Positions 35,618 through 48,645 are shown, numbered from the whole stretch's first letter. The stretch is 63,367 nucleotides of DNA, filler included, from Globobulimina sp. (GCA_003354225.1; 48 parts of 48 records of this genome joined end to end with filler, not necessarily neighbours in it), one strand, 5' to 3'. Notes: a model not told the origin generated them from the letters alone. Translations and numbers: made by a program.

Positions 35618-37899
35618 NNNNNNNNNNNNNNNNNNNNNNNNNNNNNNNNNNNNNNNNNNNNTTAATTAATTAANNNNNNNNNNNNNNNNNNNNNNNNNNN
35701 NNNNNNNNNNNNNNNNNATGATAATGGATACAAATATAAAATGGAAGCGTTATTTAAAAAACAGTATTTTAAACAGGCGTTGTATCATGAATTGGAACAT
35801 CATTTGCATGAACATCATATCGCAAATTATAAACACCTGTATATTAATAAAATAACAGTAATCAATATACATGATTTTGGAGTGTTGAATGGATCAATAG
35901 AATTTTGTAGTATGTAAAAAATGGATCAATAGAAATGATTTCCGAGATGTTAAGACTGATCTGTCTTTTAACATCAACAAATTGTCCGTATCATTCCATT
36001 CTTTGGGTCTGAATTTATATAAACGGATGATTTCGCATAGAGCACATACTAAATTGTGTTTGCACCAATGGAATAATGGGGCGGATTGTATGTTTCCGGC
36101 CTGATTATTGTATATTGGTTCAACATGGATTGCGGCGACCATGGATTTCGATATTATTTGTGAATGCATTTAATGGTTTAATAATTGGTGCATAATTTCT
36201 TGCTCTTTTTGTGAAAGTGAATAGCTCACTCTTTGACACTTTTGAAAGTGAATAGCTCATTTCTTAAGAATTTGAATATATTGTAAATCAATTTGAATAT
36301 ATTATCGTCAATAAAAATGCAATGCAAATAAGACGTAAGTCCGATTCCAAGATTGCTGGAACAACCATGTGAGAGAAATTTGCTGCCTGAATATATATTT
36401 GCAAAGTTAAAAATATATTAAAATGTATTAGGGAGCAAGTCAAAATGATGTAATCGCTATGGGTGTGGGGTGACAACTAACTAAAACTACTAAAATCTAT
36501 TTAAATTAATTAATTTAATTGATAATAATTTAATTGACAAATGCATATTGTAGCTGACACATATTCATAATTTCATAATCCGGCTAAAAATGCCGGATAT
36601 CGGCTACTAGAATGAAAATGCCATCCTTTGTAACAAACTAGCAAAAAAAACTCGGAAATACATTTCTAAAGTCATGACGACAATGGCTACTGTTATTTTG
36701 TTTTGTATTTATTTGTGCAGCATACATAGCGAAGGTGCTTCTGTGTCTCATGGACATAAATCCTGCTCTGACATCAAATTAAACCCAGGTAAAGATTTTG
36801 TTTTTTGGTTTTTGATAATTTTGGTTTTCATACAAACATGAAACAGTGCTTCAATTAATGATATATACGACAATTCTACACATTTACATTCGCTGTTTCA
36901 TGCAATTGAACATTCACTCGATTATTCATACAATAAAACNNNNNNNNNNNNNNNNNNNNNNNNNNNNNNNNNNNNNNNNNNNNTTAATTAATTAANNNNN
37001 NNNNNNNNNNNNNNNNNNNNNNNNNNNNNNNNNNNNNNNTCCTCGTTGGCATCAATCCGACTGACACCCACAGCTTCAGCCATGACATTCATACAATGAT
37101 GCATTCCAATACAATTAAATTGACAGCGGGACCCGTAAATATCACTGAAACGTCACCCGATAGCTTCTGCATGATATTGAAGGCCCTACATCGCACCCTC
37201 AAACCGGAATGCGGCGGCAGAACCTGTGCGGTCGTGAAAGGTAAGAAAGAAGCGCAGTGACGGAGATCGATAATTTAGTTTATTATAATCGTGGCATCCT
37301 GTGTTGGCATTGCGGCGTGTCCAAAGTCATGTTTGAGCACAATGTGGTTTTAAGAATGTTACTGGACAGAAATCCGTATTCGATGTCGAATGCGAAATTG
37401 ATGGATTGGCCGCTTACCGCCACGGAGGATATAAACAATTATTTGGCAATATGCGCCTCGATGACATGTTTTACAATCATGCAGTGACCGCCGCGGAGGA
37501 GAAAGCACCGGAAGCAGACGACGAGGATAAAAACAAAATGAGATTGAACATGGATATCGTCAACGCTCTACAAATCATGCGTTATTCCTTTCGGCCGGAA
37601 CAATTAATGACATCAGAAACCAAATATGTTGTCACCGCGAAAGATCCTCCGTCAGATAACAGTGCGACCTTAAAAGGCGCCCAGTATGACCAAAGACAGA
37701 ATGTTGGGTTCAAGAAAGCTTCCGAACTGTAGGAATGGCACCAGGGGTGAGGGCATCCCTACATTCACATCGTGCCAGAATTGCAAAACAACTCATTTTT
37801 GTATCATATTTCTTTTTATCCTGTGCAGTCTCCGCTTTGTGTGTTATATATACTTCTATTACATAATTATTCTCTTTATCCCAATTAGTTATTCCATGT

Positions 37900-38261
37900 T
37901 AATATATAAAAAACGACAATTGCGCAACAAAATTAACTATGTAAAGCGCACCAGAGGCCATAACACTGTGTGGCTCTCAATCTGTTTTGACGGCCAGTCC
38001 AAACCAACCTATCTCTCGGTGAACTATGTCAGACCTTTTAAACCTGAAAATGCAGAGAGAAGCACCAAATTCTATAATAACAGAGAATGCAGAGAGAAGC
38101 ACAGACGACATCCAACGGTACACGCCGCATTGCCACAATATGTTTGTCATTGGTGATTTCAACGCCAGAATGGGTCAGGCGACCCTTGACCACAATACAA
38201 ATGCGCATTACACTCACATGAAAAGCCTACTGAACAGCACCAGTCTGAGTATTGACAATCC
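37900..38261 (+). mobile_element. Degenerate non-LTR retrotransposon APE (EEP) endonuclease fragment
   Basis: TVWLSI...YLSVNYVRP then MFVIGDFNARMG in another frame; a 17-bp direct repeat (38049-38065 / 38086-38102) sits at the frameshift. Confidence 0.65.
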
Positions 38262-38361
38262 NNNNNNNNNNNNNNNNNNNNNNNNNNNNNNNNNNNNNNN
38301 NNNNNTTAATTAATTAANNNNNNNNNNNNNNNNNNNNNNNNNNNNNNNNNNNNNNNNNNNN

Positions 38362-38963
38362 TAACAGCTATGATGTTGATTACAGGTTCGGCGTTTGGTG
38401 TAATGTCAGAGGGAACCACTCACTGGGAACTGACATCTCCGGAACAGACAGTATCAGTATACGCAGTCACTTGGAATTGGACTGGAACAATAACCTCTGT
38501 ATTTACTACTGGGCTACAAGGCGCGTTCAACAAGACTTTTGATCTTACAGTTTCCGGTAGTGTTGTGACCTTTACTGAAACAAACAACGAAACTCCTACC
38601 CCTGACTTATATGGTGTTGGTACCTATGCTGGTACTGGCCCTTATACTGTTACTACAAATGCGACAACTGGACAATATGTTGATCCTTGGGTCGAGGTTA
38701 CTTTAGAATATACAATAGACCCCTTTACCATGAATGCTGCGGAAGACACAATTACTAATGGCGTTATGAATACCGTGGTAGGTCCAATTGGTGATATGTG
38801 GACACCTTATACTTTCACTGCTCTCGCTGATAAAATTACCATCGCAGAAGGAGATTTTGATAATGACGATGATGTTGACGGTTCAGATCTGGAGGAATTA
38901 GCTGCCGACTTGGGACTATTGAGTTTATCTGAATTTTCTGCGAATTTTGGTAGAGCGGATTGA
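38362..38963 (+). CDS. Bacterial secreted Thr-rich protein with C-terminal dockerin/EF-hand-like motif
   Basis: End of a signal peptide (MLITGSAFG); beta-rich body; GDFDNDDDVDGSDL...FSANFGR tail. Confidence 0.7.
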
Positions 38964-38991
38964 ATTGATTAGAATATCATGTTTTTTTATC

Positions 38992-39028
38992 AAGGTAGAA
39001 TGTCTGAAATGGATATTCTGCCTTTTTT
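38992..39028 (+). terminator. Rho-independent terminator
   Basis: AAGGTAGAATGTC / GATATTCTGCCTT stem followed by a T-tract, about 30 nt after the stop. Confidence 0.7.
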
Positions 39029-39425
39029 ATTGATTAGTTGTGGATTCGAATTAATCACAGGTATGACCCAATGCCATATACTATGTTAATAGGCGTAACA
39101 ACGGCAGGTGCAAAATCCCTGCGATTCTCTTACCAAATCTGCAAGCAGATTTAATCTTCTTTTGTATTTTACATTATTTTAAAATATACAACCAGGCTAT
39201 CCTACCTGTTGACCATGATGCTCAATTTTTAGGGTAAATTACAAAAAATCTTGGGTTCAAACCACCAACTTAGTGAGGCGGTACAGTTTGGCCGACATAT
39301 TGGATAATTCAGCTGTTTTGCAGGTTATCAACTTCCAAAATAAGTAATCATTTCTATTGAATTCTCTGAAAATATTTAATAAACAGATTTTGAGTGGGAC
39401 CTGATCAAAGATAATGAAAATCAGA

Positions 39426-39530
39426 GAAAACATTATGTGTCATTTTCATTTGCTGATCCAAAACGTATCAGTCTTGAAAACATTATGTGTCATTTTCATT
39501 TGCTGATCCCAAACGTATAATTCTTGAAAA
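39426..39530. repeat. 50-bp tandem duplication upstream of a bacterial gene start (ATG 39562)
   Basis: GAAAACATTATGTGTCATTTTCATTTGCTGATCC.AAACGTAT.A.TCTT x2; purine-rich RBS-like AGGAAAGAAG before the ATG. Confidence 0.8.
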
Positions 39531-39683
39531 TATAAGTCATAGTGAATAGGAAAGAAGATATATGAGAAAGAAAATAAAAAGACNNNNNNNNNNNNNNNNN
39601 NNNNNNNNNNNNNNNNNNNNNNNNNNNTTAATTAATTAANNNNNNNNNNNNNNNNNNNNNNNNNNNNNNNNNNNNNNNNNNNN

Positions 39684-40600
39684 AAAATATGAAAAAATCC
39701 ATTTATGATTTATACAGCGCAACTATTGAGAACACAGAATATTTAATTGACACAAATAAAAAACACAAACAATTCAAAAATGAAATATTAGTCAAACAAT
39801 CGGAAATAAAGCAAACCAGTGATGCAATAATTAAATTCCATGATAAACACGAAGAGAATATAAATAATTTGAAATCCATTGCATCAAATATTGATAATAA
39901 GCAAGAAAATATCTTACAAAATCAAGAAAAATCGATTAAAAAACAAGAAAGTATTTATTTAATGCAAAATAAGTTTGAAAAAGAAATGAATAAAATGTAC
40001 GAATCACAAAAAGTTGAAATAAATAATGCAAAGAACGAAATCAAAGAATTAACCAAAGAGTCTAAAAATGCATATCAAGAAATAACGGCGATGATTGATG
40101 AGGCATTGTTTATTTTGAATATAATCTATAAAATGGATATTACCATTTTGCAACAATTTATATCTATTCAATCCGTCACATTTTATTTATTTTGGTGTGT
40201 TCTGTCATATATTTCAACCATTCCAGAACGTGCTCGTTCGGTAAGAATTGTGTTGTTTATAAATATTTTTATCTCCATCATATTGGAAAAAACGGTTGTT
40301 TCAAAATTTGCCATAATTCCGATTGAAGTGAATGAAAACAATTATTATGATTATGATGATATTAACGAGTGGTGTGTTATAATTCGAAAATGCATGTTTG
40401 TTTTCAATGTATTATTGTTGGTTTGGTTTATTTTGAGTTACAAAGATCCAATCAAAGAGCAATTGAAATTATTACGCCAGATCAGTGTTAAAACGCAAAA
40501 CATTTCCATGTTTCGAGGCAAATCTAAAAGAATATTATTTGGTTCCGCTATCAACTCGATTACACCAAAAAATATTAGACGTTTATGGCTAAAGATGTAG
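39684..40600 (+). CDS. GEX1/Brambleberry/KAR5-like nuclear fusion protein, 5' partial
   Basis: Long coiled coil followed by three TM helices with GEX1-like motifs SVTFY..YISTIPERARSVR..LEK..IRK..SYKDP..LLRQI. Confidence 0.7.
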
Positions 40601-41005
40601 TCATATATTTATTCTATCAAACTTATTATTTGTATATTTAAGCCTTTCTTTTTTAAAGTATTTTTTTTCAAATTCTGATTCAGTTTGCTAGTTTCTTACG
40701 TAATCCACTTACGTTAACGATATATTCAAAAAGATAACCCCCCCACATCTGGTCGCAAGTTGTATACATTTTATTCAATTATCTGAGAAACGCTTTGCAA
40801 ATACAGAAACTGTTTGTTATAAGTTTCTCTTGCATGGGTTTGCAAATCCAGAACAAAGTCAGAACGAATTTATAATTGAATTTTCGGTATACAAAGGGGG
40901 GTTATNNNNNNNNNNNNNNNNNNNNNNNNNNNNNNNNNNNNNNNNNNNNTTAATTAATTAANNNNNNNNNNNNNNNNNNNNNNNNNNNNNNNNNNNNNNN
41001 NNNNN

Positions 41006-41324
41006 TGAACACCATTAATTTTGCAATATGCCATTTCCAACTCATGCAATAACACATTTTTTTCAGCCTCTCTCTGAACTCGTTCTTTTTCCAAACGTTC
41101 CTTTCTCTTTCTTGTTCTTGTTCATAGTGATTATTATCATCATTTTTTCCTCCATTTCCAGACCCTCCAAAATTAAAATCTAATTTGTGGTCATTGTCAA
41201 CCCAAAATTCAATTGGTCTGCTTCCGCTGGAATTGTTTGGATGGAGTGGATGGTTTGGTGTACGATGCACGACTTCTCGTGTGGTATTGTCGACGATTGA
41301 AAAGGGAATGCCTCCGTAAGACAT
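41006..41324 (-). CDS. Hypothetical protein N-terminus
   Basis: ATG 92 nt downstream of the ValRS stop, open to the contig edge. Confidence 0.5.
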
Positions 41325-41415
41325 GATGATTCAACAAACTTTACTTTAGAAAACGGCAAAAACTGTAATTTAAACTAAATCTGTTTCAAATAAAGTCACA
41401 AAGCTCAGTTATCAC

Positions 41416-42227
41416 TTAAGACAATTTATTTAGCTGTTTTATAATATCTTGAAACTTTGCTAAATTCAAAATATATTCAATTACTTTATCTTGTTGTTTT
41501 TTCCTTATATTTTCTTTACTAATTTTATCCAACGATTTGTTTGTTTTTTCAATTAATTTATTCAATTTTCCAACCTCTTTCTCAAATTTCTTGATCCGCT
41601 CAGTAACTTTCACAATTCCTTTCACATCGCAATATATTTTAATTGTGTCAATAATCTCTTTCCTCGAATATAAGCCATCCTCTTTCTTCTCTTCCGCATC
41701 CGCATCACATTGCAATTGCACATTCTCATAAATATCATAAGTAGATACAAAATAATTATCTTCATTCTGCTTCGAGTCATCATACATTTGTACACATTCA
41801 CTCATAGATAACGTACAAATATATCCCGCCATCATTGCTATTAAATCATCATTTATTCCCTTCTCCGATGACAAATAAATTGCATATTTAGTCTTTGTGG
41901 ATAAGCCCAATTGCGATTGTTTTACACTCCGTATACTTTTTGCCAAATCGTCCGCCATTTTCATTCCATTTTCGATATCCTCCACAATCATATTTTGCCA
42001 CTCCATTCTATATTTACCCGTTGTTGGATACGCAGAAATAATCAACGGTTCGTCACCAAAATTATACCCATCGCCATACCGCTTTTTCTTTATTCGTTGA
42101 AATAACTCTTCACTCAAAAATGGCATGAATGGATGCATTATTTTAAAACAAAAATACAACACAAAGTACAAAATATCGCTAATAATTCTTTTTTTCTCCT
42201 CATTTTCCCCATATAATATTGGTTTGA
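41416..42227 (-). CDS. VARS: Valyl-tRNA synthetase C-terminus (anticodon-binding domain + coiled coil)
   Basis: KPILYG...MHPFMPFLSEELFQR...IRSVK; C-terminal coiled-coil arm. Confidence 0.8.
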
Positions 42228-42327
42228 NNNNNNNNNNNNNNNNNNNNNNNNNNNNNNNNNNNNNNNNNNNNTTAATTAATTAANNNNNNNNNNNNNNNNN
42301 NNNNNNNNNNNNNNNNNNNNNNNNNNN

Positions 42328-43462
42328 TTACAAATTAATTTGACTTTATTTTCATTGATCCAAACAAAAGAATATTTTGTTGAGCATTCTGCGCGTACAC
42401 TATATATTGTTGATTTCCATGAGTTCATATTACAGGCAATAACCATAATTGTTCCAATTGCACCTTCAAACTCTTTATTATTATCATCATTATATTCCTG
42501 TTAATGAGGGGAAAAAAAATAAATATTGTTGGGAAAAAAAATAATATTGTAACTTTTGTTGGAAGTTTTGTTGGATTTCCATCTTTGATCATTTTTTTAA
42601 TGAATAAATGGTCACATAATAATTTATTTTGATACTGATCACAAGAGCACGAATCACCATCATGAAGCTCTTGAACATGCACAAATTTATTATTTAATAA
42701 TTTTTGTCTATTTTCATCAAACTGCATCATTATTAAACATTTATTATTTCTTTCTCTTTCAATAATTCCATTATTAACTGCTAATAATTTGTCATGATAC
42801 AATTCAAACAAAGGCGATGCTGCAGTTTTAATTCGATTAAAATATTCATTTACTTCACCTGCATTATCATTGATACCCTCAATTGTGATATTTTCCTCCT
42901 CGACACTAACCATTCTTTGGTCACTTCCGTCATCACTTATACTATCATATCGCACCATATTTCCGTCAACATTAAATAATACATGATCATAATTATGGTG
43001 ATGACCGCAATTATGATTATTATTATGTGCAATTTCTGATTCATTTGCGCGTTGTCCACTTACTTGCTGTCCACTTAATTGTGGTTGAGGAGGCTGTGTT
43101 GTTTCTGATATATGTCGGATATTTGCTGTCAGATTTGATGTCGGATTGAATGAAAAATTTGCGGAATATGCAGAATTGGATGAAAACGTTGCAGAATCAA
43201 ATGAATCCAATGCGTCTACGTCTACATCCATACCAGTATCATATTCATTAACTTCTGCATTTTCCGTATTGTCAGTTGCTGATAATATATGTGATGATCT
43301 GGTGGACAAAATATGTTTGTCATTTACAATGTTTGTTTTGGTGGATCGAGTACGTAATGTAATAGATTTTGCCTTCCTGGAATTATGGTGAGAGCCACAG
43401 TTATCTCTACCAGTTAGCTTTATTGACATGACCAAGATATCCGGATAAACCAATGCCCACAA
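42328..43462 (-). CDS. SWIM zinc-finger protein, possibly transposon-associated, partial
   Basis: SCSCDQYQNKLLCDHL fits the SWIM pattern CxC-xn-CxH. Confidence 0.5.
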
Positions 43463-43649
43463 TGACTATTGCCCAATTCCCAACTGTTGTGTTTTAGATA
43501 GATAGAACGGAAACATATATTGTATACGACAGTATATACATAGAACGGANNNNNNNNNNNNNNNNNNNNNNNNNNNNNNNNNNNNNNNNNNNNTTAATTA
43601 ATTAANNNNNNNNNNNNNNNNNNNNNNNNNNNNNNNNNNNNNNNNNNNN

Positions 43650-43826
43650 CTTGATGCCTTCGAGGTTGACACCTTCGTTCGACAGTGCCTGTATGAGGAG
43701 CAGTCGGCTGAGATCATCCTGGCTGTAACCAAAGGCCTCTATTAGTTTGTTTGCTGTCTTAGCCACTTCGTCAGGTTTTATTCTGCATATCACACGCAAA
43801 TTTACTGTATTAGGAACATCTGCCAT
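43650..43826 (-). CDS. Hypothetical protein N-terminus, divergent from the La gene
   Basis: ATG-initiated frame open to the contig edge. Confidence 0.45.
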
Positions 43827-44105
43827 TACTTGGCTTTAATTTAATTAACTCATTAAAAACATGCAGCTTAAAAATAAAACTTTTGAGATGGATCAGATTA
43901 AAAAGCTTTGTTGGTATATTGATGTAGCTGACGTTGGATATTATACAGTTTATAGGTAGCAAGGAGCGGATATATTAATGATGATTATCAACGATTACTC
44001 ATAATTACTATTTATAATTCAAATTATTGACTCATAACAACAAACACTGTCAGCATCACATTATTCAATTATTGTTGATCTGAGACTCCATTCCAAATTG
44101 TACAA

Positions 44106-44871
44106 ATGGCAGAAGCTGAAAAGGAAAGTAAAGCGATGAGAATTAATACTGAGGTACAAGAATTAGAAGCATTTGATTATAATTCCATTGCAATGAATAT
44201 GGTTCAATTCCAAGTTGAATACCATTTTTCTGATACAAATCTTGCTTTGGACAATCATTTATTGTCGAAGTTGCATCAGGATAAAGAATATTGGGTTTCT
44301 CTTAAAACAATTGCTAATTTGAGTAAAATAAAAGCAATTACGGAGGATATTGATATTATATTAAAAGCAATACGCAAATCGGAAATAATAATATTAAATG
44401 ATGATGAAAGCAAAGCAAAACGTAGGGATTTTATTCCACCAAAACCAAAACACCATAAAAATATGAGAAGAACTGTATTTATTTATGGTTTACATGATCA
44501 AACCAACGAAGCCGACATTATTGAAATGTGTTCCATTTATGGCAAATTAAATGCAGTTATATTTGATAATGGATGTAAGCATATTTTTGACAGACAAGCA
44601 ATCAAAAAAGACGATTTCGACGCAATTGATCGTGAAGTTGCTATTGCAATTATGACAAAAAAATTTGGTCCACGTGCAATTCGAAGTAATTCTTCATCAT
44701 CGATGTCATACCAAAATGTATTATCTCCCGTTGCCTCGCCGGCTGATCTTACGCCAATATCTGCGGCCGCATCACCGGTGTTTGTCCATCCAATACCAAA
44801 TCAAAATGGTAATCCCTTAGATTTCTCTCATTTAAAAACATGTTTTGCTATATTTCAATCACAATCACAAG
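44106..44871 (+). CDS. La-motif + RRM protein (La/LARP family), 3' partial
   Basis: QVEYHFSDTNL..D.HL...WVSLKTIA..SKIK (La motif); RTVFIYGL (RRM). Confidence 0.85.
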
Positions 44872-44971
44872 NNNNNNNNNNNNNNNNNNNNNNNNNNNNN
44901 NNNNNNNNNNNNNNNTTAATTAATTAANNNNNNNNNNNNNNNNNNNNNNNNNNNNNNNNNNNNNNNNNNNN

Positions 44972-46193
44972 ATGATTTGGAATTTTTGAATTTATCCGCA
45001 AATTATTTATTACATTTTGATGAAATTGACATTATTTCTACAATTCCACAATTAAAACATTTGCAGCTCAAGTTTTGTGTTATTTAAATTTTATAATTTG
45101 TATAAATTGAATGCAATACATAGTGACCCACATTTTGGGTCAAATCCAATCTGTGATCTGAGTAATTATCACATTTATTCATTGTATAAATTGACACAAA
45201 TACAAAGTTTTGATGGAATTAAAATTGATGATATTTCCAAACAAAAGGCTCAAGTTTCAATGTTTAAAAAAACAATGTTTTATCAAATTCTCTATAATGT
45301 ATACGTATAAATGTGTATCTCTTTAAAATGTTTGTGCCAAATAAATAAATATCTGTATTATATTATATTTAGTGCCAGAAACGTGATGAAAGAGCACTGT
45401 ATAGAATAACCTATCAAATTACGTTGAAATTATATCGTTTGCTGTTCAAAAATATAGAATTTGCATATAAATACATAAAAAGTGAAGAAATTGCGCCATT
45501 TGTACATGAAATAAATAAACACATAAACAGACACGATACTATTTGTCATGAAATGTGGCAGGATTTGCAATCAATAAAACACAGGTTTTGCTTCTCTCAT
45601 TTTCTGTTGTGATATAATTCATTTTCTTTGCTTTATCCATAGAGCAGAACAAGAGACAGAAAATAAATTTGAAATTCTCAAACATGAACTAAAAACCGCT
45701 GGGAATTTAAGATTGATAAAATGTGACAACACAATCATTGATACTTTAATACAATGCAAAATATCAAATATTGAGAATGTAAACATTTTAAACGTCATGA
45801 AAATTGAGCATAGATTTGCAAGTTATGCGTTTAATAAATATTTACAAACGATACCACAGAAAATAGCAACCAGTAATAAACAAAAAAAGAATGACAATGA
45901 TATTGAAATGGATAAAATATTTGTAATCGATGAGTTTTTATCAGCTGATTGTCCAGAAATATTATCTCTGATTTTACATTGGCAGAATGTCGATACACAA
46001 ATAAAAATAAAATCACACACAACAATTAAAGATAAAGCATGTCAGCAACAAACCATTTTATTTGTAAAAGGTATTGTTAGTAAAACAGACCATGGCAATG
46101 AAGAATGTACAGTTAATGGCTATCAATTGGAGCCATTATATATTGTCCAGTTATCATACAAAAGCAACAATGTGTCTGATAATAAAATAGCAA
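44972..46193 (+). CDS. LRRC9-like leucine-rich repeat protein, partial, introns 45072-45123, 45299-45372, 45585-45642
   Basis: LEFLNLSAN; spliced LQLNDPHFGSNPICDLSNY; ELKTAGNLRL resembles LRRC9 motifs as recalled. Confidence 0.65.
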
Positions 46194-46293
46194 NNNNNNN
46201 NNNNNNNNNNNNNNNNNNNNNNNNNNNNNNNNNNNNNTTAATTAATTAANNNNNNNNNNNNNNNNNNNNNNNNNNNNNNNNNNNNNNNNNNNN

Positions 46294-47515
46294 CATAAAT
46301 ATACACACAAACTGTATCGATTTATACCTCGCCAGCACCCATAGCGACAATGTCTGTGTATCCATCAAAACACACAATATCAAAGCAGTGTATATCCCGA
46401 CAAATCCAGAATTGTTTAATACCAATGAGCTACGTATTAACCCTTCCGCTCTTGACCAATGTGAGGAAGATTACGGTTTCGAGGTCAAACCTGATATACA
46501 AGCCATGTTTATGCAAACTACGAAGCCGTTATCAACCTATCGATGGCTATCAAAGTATTATGATCCAAATAACTTAAAACAACCCGGCATTGAAAGGATA
46601 ACAATGTTTATGAGATCCGATGAATTTAATGCATTGCGAACAAATTGGTGGTTAAATAAAACGTTTTTTGCCGATTTATACGATAAAGTTGCGCATATCG
46701 ACGATGCTGAGAAAGATTTGTGGATTGGACACATATGTTTTGGTAGAGCTATTAAACGAGGCTGGAAGAAATATGATGGACAGCAAACAAATGCATTTAT
46801 TGATGCTTTATTGTACGGCGACAAACAACAACAAGAGGACGAGGATGATGATATTAAGGAAGCATTGTTACAACAAATTAAAAAGGAACGTAAAGAATTC
46901 AGAGAAAAACGTGCTGCGATGATCGAGGAAAAACGGAAAATGAAAGAAAAATTGGATCAGTTCCAACAAACTACGTTGCGATTAACACAGCTAGATAAAT
47001 AATAATTTATTTCAGCAACAGAAAGAGGAAAAGAAACAGGAACAAATCATTGGATTAAAGGATGAGATAATATTTTTAGATAAGAAAATGAATGAATTTG
47101 GCAATGTTTACAATCGAAATAAATTATCAATTATGTTTGAGAATAATTCAGAATCAGTCAATGTTAAACAGGAATTGCAACGGTTAGAATTTAGGAATAA
47201 ATCATTTGGTAAAACTTTACAAGATATATCAGCATATATTAAATCAATCACTGTGCCGAATATTATGCAGTATGAGACATGGAATGTGAATATGATTATA
47301 TTATGGATAAAAACATTGGATAATGGCAAATATTTAAAGTATTGCAATGTTTTAAGTGAAGGATTTATGAATGACGGCATTGAAAATGGAGAAACATTGT
47401 TGGCAATGGACGATCAAAAGGATTTAAGGAATGAGCCATTTGGAATTAAATCGTTGCCAGACAGAAAAGCATTGATTAGACATTTTCAATCATTACCAAC
47501 ATTGAAACAGCAATT
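46294..47515 (+). CDS. Coiled-coil + SAM-domain protein with apparent frameshift at ~47000
   Basis: The coiled coil continues in another frame after the TAA at 47000; WNVNMIILWIKTL..GETLLAM..FGIK..DRKALIRHF (SAM). Confidence 0.6.
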
Positions 47516-47776
47516 NNNNNNNNNNNNNNNNNNNNNNNNNNNNNNNNNNNNNNNNNNNNTTAATTAATTAANNNNNNNNNNNNNNNNNNNNNNNNNNNNN
47601 NNNNNNNNNNNNNNNTTGTTCGCATATTGTTGAAAATACAATATCCTTTGATACGTTACACAATGGTATCGAAATCAGGCTCTTATGTTTACCACAATAA
47701 TTGAGCATATATTTATCTTTGTTCTGATTTTGAAAAATAAAGTAAAAAACAGCTTTTATTTTGACTGTCTGAGACC

Positions 47777-48645
47777 ATGGCAACCCCAATTACAAACGGC
47801 CATGAAGCAAACAAACCTCAACGAATTTCAACAATACAAACCCCGCGCGAACAGTTATGGTTGGAAGTCGTCGATTTCTTAAAATCCATGACCTTTGACG
47901 AATACATCGATGCATTTAAAACTGAAGGCTTTGATCGCATGATTGCATTATACGATATAAATATGGACGATTTACGCGACATGAAAGTCAAAAAAGGTCA
48001 TGCCAAAATATTATTATATCAAATAGAACAGCTAAAAGCGAAAAATGCATTATATCCCAACAAGAAAGTTCGATTTGGAGGTACCAGCACATACACACTC
48101 ACACACTCTGTTTCTACACTACATGAAAACTCTGCGCTTTTGCGATATTTCTATTACAGAAACACTTTAAAATATACAGATGGTGGAGCATCACCAATTT
48201 CATCTTCTGATACATTGCAATCATTTGTAAACGACAACTCATCACAAACCTCATTACAATCCGCACAAAACTACACCAACAACAACAACAACCACATACC
48301 GAATCGACCAAATCTTCCCATTGTGGACGAAACAAAAAACCATTCACCAAAAATAGATTATGATTACAATCACTCACAATTACAACAGCAGAATGCCAAT
48401 GGAAATGGTTACATGATCCACCACTTAAATAGTTATAATAACAGCGGCACGCAAAATTATAGCGGCTCTCAAAACGATTTAGCTAATCATAGCAACAGTA
48501 ACTTGTTACCATCACAGAAAGGCTTCTATCATTCCACTATAAATCCACGACAAAATAAACTACAAACCCCACCGCCGCACGCTAGCAATAACATATTGAA
48601 CATGGCCCCACATCTCGACCCTGCGCGAATTAATCTATCCAGAAC
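47777..48645 (+). CDS. N-terminal SAM-domain protein, 3' partial
   Basis: VVDFLKSMTFDEYIDAFKTEGFD...DLRDMKVKKGHAKILL. Confidence 0.8.

Noticed and set aside
35718-36939. Possible gene fragments, including a signal-peptide-like exon at 36674-36788
   Set aside because: Too short and interrupted to assign
39426-39530. Mini-CRISPR
   Set aside because: Two contiguous 50-bp copies with no distinct spacer
17204-47015. Stop-codon reassignment (TAA read-through) suggested by stops near 17209 and 47000
   Set aside because: Well-conserved genes (ValRS, ABCG, PIG-B exons, kinase) have no internal stops, and ValRS and ABCG end in TAA; the lesions are better explained as frameshifts or pseudogenisation
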